DNA of 64,000 nucleotides from Phoronis australis (taxonomy: Eukaryota > Animalia > Phoronida): positions 334,056 through 398,055 of the forward strand of contig NMRA01000342.1 in assembly GCA_002633005.1 (NCBI GenBank), given 5' to 3'. Every line of letters begins with the position of its first letter. Position 1 is the first letter of the stretch. This document shows positions 26,601-35,600 of the stretch, one piece after another. The notes beneath the pieces were generated by a model, which saw nothing but the letters and a program-made list of their open reading frames with translations, searched no databases and had not been told where the DNA came from. The translations under genes were made by a program, and so were the position numbers.

Positions 26601-29600
26601 CGAGCAACTATTTAATGAAATTTACCTTGCCAAATAACTCCCTAACTTTTAAACATCTAAGCTAAATCAAATTTCTTTCCCAACTTGTCCTGTAACGGTT
26701 TTTACCATGGGTTTGGGAACACCTTTCGCCTGTGTTTCTTTACAAGTTTGTCTCGATTGCAGTTTGCGACAAGCCTGTGCCTCTGAAATCCCTCGTCGCA
26801 TCCGCTGCCAACGAGGACCTTTCTGCTTCTTCCATTCTCAGCAACAACGAACTTTACTACGGACCGCGTCACAGTCGCTTGAACACATATCTCCGCGGCG
26901 ACACCGGAAGTTGGTACGCCGGTAGTCACGACGCATACCAGTACATTCAGGTACGAATACGCGTATTTGATCGATCATTTATAACTATCATTCTTACACT
27001 AGATTACGATGAGCACATTGTCAAGTTGTGAAACCTTACACGACATTTTTAAAGCAAAAACAAAACATGCATTTATACTGTTCAGCTTCATTTTAGTTTG
27101 TAACGCCACCTAGCAGCTTCAACTAAACACAAGCTCAATGAAAAAACTTATTTCCAAACAATGCTCTTTCAACATGATATTTCAGAATCCAGAATATTCA
27201 ACTCGTGAATCATCACAAAATGGCTGCATTAGTTGAACAAATTTTATAACTTTGGAAATTTGACAGTAAAAACAGAAACACACGGATGTCATTTAGAGAC
27301 CATTTCCTTCCTTGACGTCTTTAGATTGATGATTCTGTGAGGACACGAATGACATCTTTGACGTCATTGACCATATTCTAGGATGACTGCTTCACAATGA
27401 GGGCTATCGTTCTGAAATTTCGGTAGCGTAATGTATGACTCTAGACGGCACTTTGATAGTGTAACTTGTCTTTAAGGTTGACTTGAAGGAGCCAAAGACC
27501 GTGGTAGCCGTTGCCACTCAGGGACGTGAGGATTACGGGTGTTATGTGAAATACTACTCGCTCGAATTTAGCATGGATGGAATGAACTGGGAGACCTACG
27601 TTGAAAGGGGTTTACTTCGGTATGCTTTAATGGAAAAAAACTTGAAGCTCATTATTTAAGAGTTACATCTACCACTTGGTCCACAAGAAACTTCCGCCCT
27701 TCTGTAGCCGGCGAAGAAGCAACTTCACTTTCACACAAAAATGTCACAAATGAACTATTACATACTGACGCCTCCTGCCGAGACGCAAGGGTTTTTAAAT
27801 ACAATCGCTGAAGCAATCGGTTTGTGTACGTTATTGTTTCGTGAACATTGGTAATTATTAACAAAATTGATAAAAGAATTTGGCATCGCTTTTCCTTTTA
27901 TAGCAGATGTACTTATATGTTACAGGGCCTATCCCTGTATTCTTCCAATGCCAAGTTGTAAAATTAGTGAAAATCTCAATCTTCTTTTTGAGCAATCCCC
28001 TATTTTTTATTGTGTCATTTCCAGCTTGTTTGACGGAAACACACATCACCTGAGAATCAAGAAAAATTTCCTGGAGAACCCTTTCAAAGCCCGATTTGTT
28101 CGTCTTCGACCGAAGTCGTGGTATGCAGCACTTGGTATGAGATGGGAGTTATACTCTGACGAATGCGAAGGTGAATTTTCTTTGAATAGCAAACGGCTAG
28201 GACCATATAGGGCTTTGAGAGTGCAGAGACGAAATCCGCTTGTTTAAATTCAAACTTCTTAATCGTGAAAAACGAGGTGACCAAAACAAAAGGTATTAAT
28301 TCTTTCCCCCAAAGACATCCCGTTGGCTTTTTGCGCCAAGCTATGCAACGTCAACTGCGCAGTCATGGTACATGTAAGTTTAAGACACGATGTCTGTTAA
28401 ATAAGTAAGTTGCATATCTCCACTGCTTTCAGTTTTAATTGACACTTATTCCGTCTACATTAAGTTCACTGAACGATTGTCCAACAAAAACTATAGCCGT
28501 CTAGCGTCACTGATTATTTCATTGACTTACAGCAGTATCAAAATTCAAGATCTTTCGATACTGACAGTGTTCGTCAATTTCACGTCATCGCGCGCGCACA
28601 TCACTTCATAAGATAGCTGGAGAAAGGTTAAAAACTTGATACCTTCGGAAGTGCCCTGGCTCAAATTATCGCACCGTAGTGGCTTTTGTCATAAAATGGG
28701 TGCACCTGTGTATTTAGCTATGTAGCGTAATAGCCCCTTGTCACGTGCCTAGGCTCAAACTAGCCTCCCGTTCAGTAACGCTAGGACCTCGCTAAAAAGC
28801 AAGACTTCGCGAGATTACGCGAGATATTGCCGTGCATTTTAAATAAGAACACGTGACTTTGACTAGGTCTTAGCAAGGTCCTAGCGTAGGTCCTAGCTTC
28901 TACTGAACGCACGCTAGCTCTCCGTAGTGGCTCTAGTGATGTAATGTGCCAAAGCATTTCGGCTGCTGCTAAGTTTGGTTGCTATTCTGGTCAACATTAC
29001 ATGTACACACACGAGTGCTTTATTGCCAGAAATATGAAGGGAATTACTCTTTAAGCTATAGAAGAATTTTGTGTTCGCAGAATGTGCCGAGCCAAGCCTG
29101 TTGCCCAACGCCAAGATCACGGCGTCGAGCTGTAGGGATGACAACAGGTGTACGGAAAACAGTTTGTTGGGATACGTCAACGATTTTGCAAACACGTACG
29201 CCTGGTCTCCCAAGAAGAGTTCAACCAATGAGTACATTCAGGTATGTAGAAGACTGTGAAATCACGTTAAAAATTCAGCCGCCCATCGAAATATCCTGCG
29301 ATATCCCATGACTCCTTACAATTGCAAACTGACCTTAACAAACTCTATGACTGGTCTCACACATGGAAGATGAAATTTAAACCTGAAAAAAGTGTTGATC
29401 TCATATTTTCTAAGTCTAATAATACTCATTTCCAAACAAATCCAACACTGGAATTATCACTCAATGAGGAAGTTATCCCCAATAAGTTCACGCAAAAACA
29501 TCTTGGCTGGCTACTCGACCATAAACTTACATTTACTCCTCATTGTCGCGAACTCGTTCAAAAAGTACAAAGATTAATTAATCCAATTAGAATTATCTCT

Positions 29601-32600
29601 CGTCATCTCAACTCCATGCATCTTGAAACTCTGTTCAAGTCTTTTGTACTTCCACATCTAGATTACTGTGACATAATCTACCAATCGGCAAACGCTGGCA
29701 TACTTCTCCAACTAGAAAGACTACAATACCAAGCAGCTTTAGCCATAACCGGGGCATACAAAGGGTCCAACACAATAAAGGTTCTAAATAGTCTTCACTG
29801 GAGCAAACTAGCAACCCGTCGTAAACTCCACCTGTCCATGTATACATTCAAAGTCTTAACCAACATAAACAATTACTCTAACAAAATCGTCTTTGACTCC
29901 TACAAAAGACCAAACACGAGACCAGGACTCCGGCAAAGCAATATGTATACTATTCCAGCCTCCATCAGCCAAGCCTTCAGAAGATCAACGATATTAACCT
30001 GTATTGACAACTGGAATTCCTTACCTTTCAAAATAAAAGAAAGCACTTCAATCGTCACTCTCAAAAATAACTTTAAAATGCACACCACTACTCCAGACCT
30101 GCCAGTCCCATTGACATCATTCCAACTTCCCCGCAACCATGAAACATAAACCCTATACAGATCAAGATGTGGTCTATTCCTAAACAACGAGAAATTTAGA
30201 CATAATTTTGACAATATTTCGGCTCTGTGTTCCTGTGGAGATACCCAGACATATCCTCATGTTTTCTTTGCTTGTGAGGTATGCAAGGAGGAGAGGGTAC
30301 AGCTCTTCCAGGCACTCGAACAATACCCCAGTGTTTATAAAAATACTCTGAAATTCCGCAATTGTACAACAAAATTAATTTCTTTCTATATGGATGTCAA
30401 GAACTTAACTCAAACGAAAATATGGTTTTATTTGAAATAGTATCAGAATTTCTTTATAACATTAAATCTCTTTGTGTGAGTGGATAGAATTTATAAATTG
30501 TATGAAAATGAATTATTTTAATTCGTTGTCATATATCATTGTATTCTTAACATCAGTTTTTTTATTTATGTATTCGTATATAATCGTTGTATATAGACTT
30601 CTTTGTATTTTTTTACCCAGATCTAATGCCTCTTGGCGCTTTCTGGGTTATGTATATTCATTGTATTCTGAAGATTTCGTAATAAACATTAAAAAAAAAT
30701 ATCCTGTGAAACATTGATGGACTGGAGAGCTAGTAAATCCACTAAGCCGTCCGGCCAAGTAGGACGCTGGGGTGTATGCGATGGCCAAAAAAATCGCATA
30801 ACTCCATTTAGACATGGAAACTACACGTGGTGTGAAATGTTGAGTGGTATTTCCTAACTGTCAAACATGTATATTTGCAGGCTGAATTCAAAGAACCCAC
30901 AAAGATTTTTGCAGTCGCCACTATGGGCCGCTCTGGCTACAACGAATATATCAGGAAGTACCAATTGCTCTACAGCCAGGATGGAGAACAGTTTGAATAC
31001 TACATGTTAGTAGCCAAACAGCACAATTATTTGACTTTGCTCTTGTTTTTTCTGGAATTTCCTGAAGACGTTGCCTTTTTGTTGACTATAAATCGTTAAA
31101 TTAGGTGCCCAAGTACTGGATTAAATGTTAAGAAGTTTCTCACTCCAATTTTAGATTAGTCTAGACTATGCTAATTAACGTTTGGGTTGCAAATTAAACC
31201 GTTCCGTCGACAACTTGCTTAATTAACTGTAAAATCGAAATTTTATGAAGATATGACTTGTAACCATTGTATTGTTTAGGGAGAACGGGAGAGTGCGCAC
31301 TTTCTGGGCTAACATCGATTACCGTCACGTGTCTAAGCATATGCTGAACAACCCTATCACTGCTCGTTTCGTCCGTCTTCACTTCGTCCAATGGAACTCA
31401 TGGATTTCTGTACGCTGGGCGCTATACGGAAGTTCCGGTTGTGAACCAGACGGTAAGTATGATAGAACATGGCCCATTGGCCGTTTACAGACGGAAGAAA
31501 AGTGATGCGTGCACAGCCCAAAGTACATACGTATGAGGCATCATTCCTTTTCACGACCTGATGAATTGTTGCAAAAGAACGATCCCACAATACACTGCGC
31601 ATACGACGTCTCACTTTATCCATAAACAGCATCAAAGGCAGTTAAAAGAAGCTGTTTGGGGATGTAGAGTTTTATGTTACCCACCTACACGCATATTTTT
31701 CGTTGATAATGGCAGCCTTTCCTCCTATTTCGTCTTTTGAAATATACACACAGGCTTAGCGTCACCTGTCAGTCGATAACCTAAAAATATTTATTAAAGT
31801 GCATCCCTGCATGTTTTACGTTTTATGCAATCATTTTTTAAGGTCATGAAGTTTAATATCGTTCTGCTCACCGGCAACTTTATAGTAGAGTACCTCGAGT
31901 ATAGTAGGGTACCTCGAGTATAGTAGAGTACCTCGAGTATAGTAGAGTATCTCGAGTATAGTAGAGTACCTCGAGAAGTTTGACCGTATCAACCGTGTAT
32001 TTGTTTTAAAAAAGTTGGTTACACTTGAAAGTAAATCAATTGGGGATGGATGTTTTCTTAATAGTTTGGCTTAATTTCGTTTCACTATTTTGAAGCGGAA
32101 AGAATGTCCTAAGCCTATCTTGTTTCCTTCTATCCAAACTAGTACTCGCCCAGTGAAGAATCCAGATGGAAACAGTATTTCGAATTTTNTTTTACGTTTT
32201 ATGCAATCATTTTTTAAGGTCATGAAGTTTAATATCGTTCTGCTCACCGGCAACTTTATAGTAGAGTACCTCGAGTATAGTAGAGTACCTCGAGTATAGT
32301 AGAGTACCTCGAGTATAGTAGAGTACCTCGAGTATAGTAGAGTACCTCGAGAAGTTTGACCGTATCAACCGTGTATTTGTTTTAAAAAAGTTGGTTACTC
32401 TTGAAAGTAAATCAATTGGGGATGGATGTTTTCTTAATAGTTTGGCTTAATTTCGTTTCACTATTTTGAAGCGGAAAGAATGTCCTAAGCCTATCTTGTT
32501 TCCTTCTATCCAAACTAGTACTCGCCCAGTGAAGAATCCAGATGGAAACAGTATTTCGAATTTTTAACTGACTCATGCATACATAAGGATAAAACCAGGC

Positions 32601-35600
32601 CTGCGTTCCGTAGACGCGATAACATCGCAAAAACTCAGAATCACGCAAAACTTTGAGATACTGCAAGCTACACACTTGGTCACTCTATTTTCCTTTGAGA
32701 TTCTTGCGCCTACGGAACTCGGTCCCTAATTCTCATGATTTCATCAAAACTAATTCTTTGACGTGCTACTGCACAATTAATAATTCGCAAGAGATCATGC
32801 ATATAAAACACTTCCTCACGGTGCCACAAAGTGTTCCTGTTCTTAAGTATCAAACTGTTTCGCCTCACATCCGCCATTAGCTGGCAGATTAAGCAGATTT
32901 TTAAGGACTTTTCAAACGTCATCCAAACTTTCGTGGCCTCACGAGAGTTACATGCTATTATTTTGCTTCGAAGTTTCATCGGTCGAGTCGTAGATACTGT
33001 CCAATACGCTGATATAGAAACCTACTAATGCAGGACTAAGTATCGTTTAAAGTTTGGGATGGATTAAGTTTCGTACCTTAACGCCCACGTTACTTAAAAC
33101 AATGACTGATTGTTGTTCTAGTGTGCTACGGCTCTGCTTACGAAAGACCCGGATATGTTGCCTCAGGCAAGGCCACAATGAGCGCACTCCACACGTACAA
33201 TTCTGCTTATGACCCTAATAAATACTCCAAACTGGGAAGCGTTAGATCGTGGTGGACGCACATTCGTACCAGCAGATACTACATCCAGGTGAGGTTCATA
33301 GTCATGTCCACTCGGATGTTTACGTCAGTTACACAGGACTTCTGAAAATTTTGTGTTGAACAGTGGCGAATTAACAAACAGGGATTTTCGATGTAACTCA
33401 GAGAAAGGTTATTGGATGACGATAAACTTTCCAGTGGTGGCAAAAATTAAATAAAATCAAAAAGGTGCCAAAAATTAAATAAAATGAAAAAAAGGACACC
33501 TGTATATTTCTTGATGTTTTCAAGGAGAAATCATGTGGGTCCGCTTTATTAGAAATCCAACTTGTCTCACACGGAACTACAGGTACAGTGTAGAAAGCTC
33601 GTAAAACATAATAATTGGTGTCAAAACTCTAACTAAATTAGTTGTGAAGCAACTTAAGTAATGAGCCTAGGGGGCATACCTGAAAATAGACGTGCGTTCC
33701 ACAGACGCAAGACACGAGAGAAACATGATCACGCAAGGCCTGGTTAGTGAAAGGCAAATGATTCGCAACCTTACTCGCGTACACTAGCAAAGCAGTCTGC
33801 GAGGCTGGAATCATTGACTTATGGGATAGTACTCGTTGTTTACCATTCAATATGCTTAAGTAGAGAGTGTCATGTTTATGAAAAGCGCCCGTAGTGTTAC
33901 TGCTTTGCATTATGTCGGCACCACTTTCTGCTGTTTGCGAGAATTGAAGAAACAATTTCAGTTACCCAGTATAATGCGTTCGAGGTTGTTGAAGGTACCA
34001 TGGAAGTTACAATTTTCTCCTTCCAGGCTGACCTCGGTTCATCCAAGGTCATCACTGGTGTGGCTACACAGAGCATGCGCGGTACTAGCCGATACGTCAG
34101 AGGCTACTACCTGTACTATAGTGAGGACAACAAATCTTGGTACGCCTACCAAGAGAATGGAGCAGTGCGATGGTTCAAAGGAAATGACCAAATTAATAGG
34201 ATTCAGGTAAATGGATGTTATTCAGTAAATCGGTAAAAATGATTACATAACGGTAACAGTATAATTTTGTTTTAAATCGATCACTGGACGCCTGCAAATA
34301 AAATTTTGTACTTAACCCACAACTCATTGGGTGAACTTCACTAGGAAGCAATGTCGTTGAATGTTTCGAGACAAACGTTGTATAACTGGTCTTTTTACTG
34401 GTAGTGTCTGATGTCGTCTGCGCAATGGAAAGTGAAAATGAGCTGAGATTTGCGCAGTCGACACTTCAATGGAAATTAAGTGGCTTACGCTGCACATTTA
34501 TTGCATGTGTACATGAACACAAGTGTACTTTGTGAGAAAGCAAACGCACACGAAGAGGTACGTGTCGTGTTTTATTTCTGTGGGGTATGATCTTTTCACG
34601 GATTTCTGAGGCGCCCAAAGAAGCTTTTGCGTTACCAGAGAAAAGGTTAATAAACCCCAGTACCTTTGGGGATCCCATGACTACTGTTCTGTTGTTATGA
34701 TCAGGTGAACAATTTCGCTAAGCCAGTTACAGCGCGCTACCTCCGACTTTATGCTACCGACTGGTACAGCTACATCGCTTTGAGGTGGGAGATTTATGGA
34801 CCGGGTTGTGATGGTACGTAATTTCTGCTGTTTTTAACTGAGCGCCAACTTCTGAACATTCGCTCACGTATTTTCCAGTATAAACGCCTTGGGCGTCTGG
34901 TCGAGTACCACAATAATGCCGCGGTTCGTCGAAGAAACAGAAGTTTTATTTAGTTCACATACCGCTACAAAATTGGTCTAAAATTGTTCCTTAGTCAGAC
35001 GAGGAGTGAATTTAGGTCTTACAAAGAACCGAGAGTTCTTACACGTATATTCCTCGAGACCATGCTAAGCTAATGAAATGACAGGCCGTGACAAGTGCAA
35101 ATCAAAACTTTGTTTTCTTGACACTTTCAGGTAATATGGTTAATCCACAGCTTCTCAGAATCACGAAGATTAAATTGTTTTGTTTTAGCTGGTTTCTCCT
35201 TGCATGGCATCACGTCCACGTTTTCTTATGGGCTTCATAAGTACACACTCTTAGTCATTAAACGAGTTCGTGTTGCATAACTAATGGCGTCAAAGAAAAC
35301 GTGAAAAACTAAATTAAAAGAAATTTGCAGACAACAGTCACAGAATGTGGACCATCTCGTAATACATCTGCTTCATTGAACGTCATCTTTGAAGTGTGAC
35401 TTTTACCATGGCGTTTTCAGTAAGATTCTAGCAAACCTGTAACACGTGTCACCGTGACTGCAGTCCCGTCGACATGCTGTAATGTCATATTCTTTCCAGA
35501 ATGCTCTCGCCCACACTATCTAAAGAACCTGCCCATCACAGCCTACAAGGCGAAATCGGGCAATGTCGCGTACACGAGACTTACTGACGTGGAAGGTAAT

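Noticed and set aside
30147-30149. In-frame stop in the LINE ORF as programmed readthrough
   Set aside because: It is TAA in a 5'-truncated dead copy; simple mutation is sufficient.
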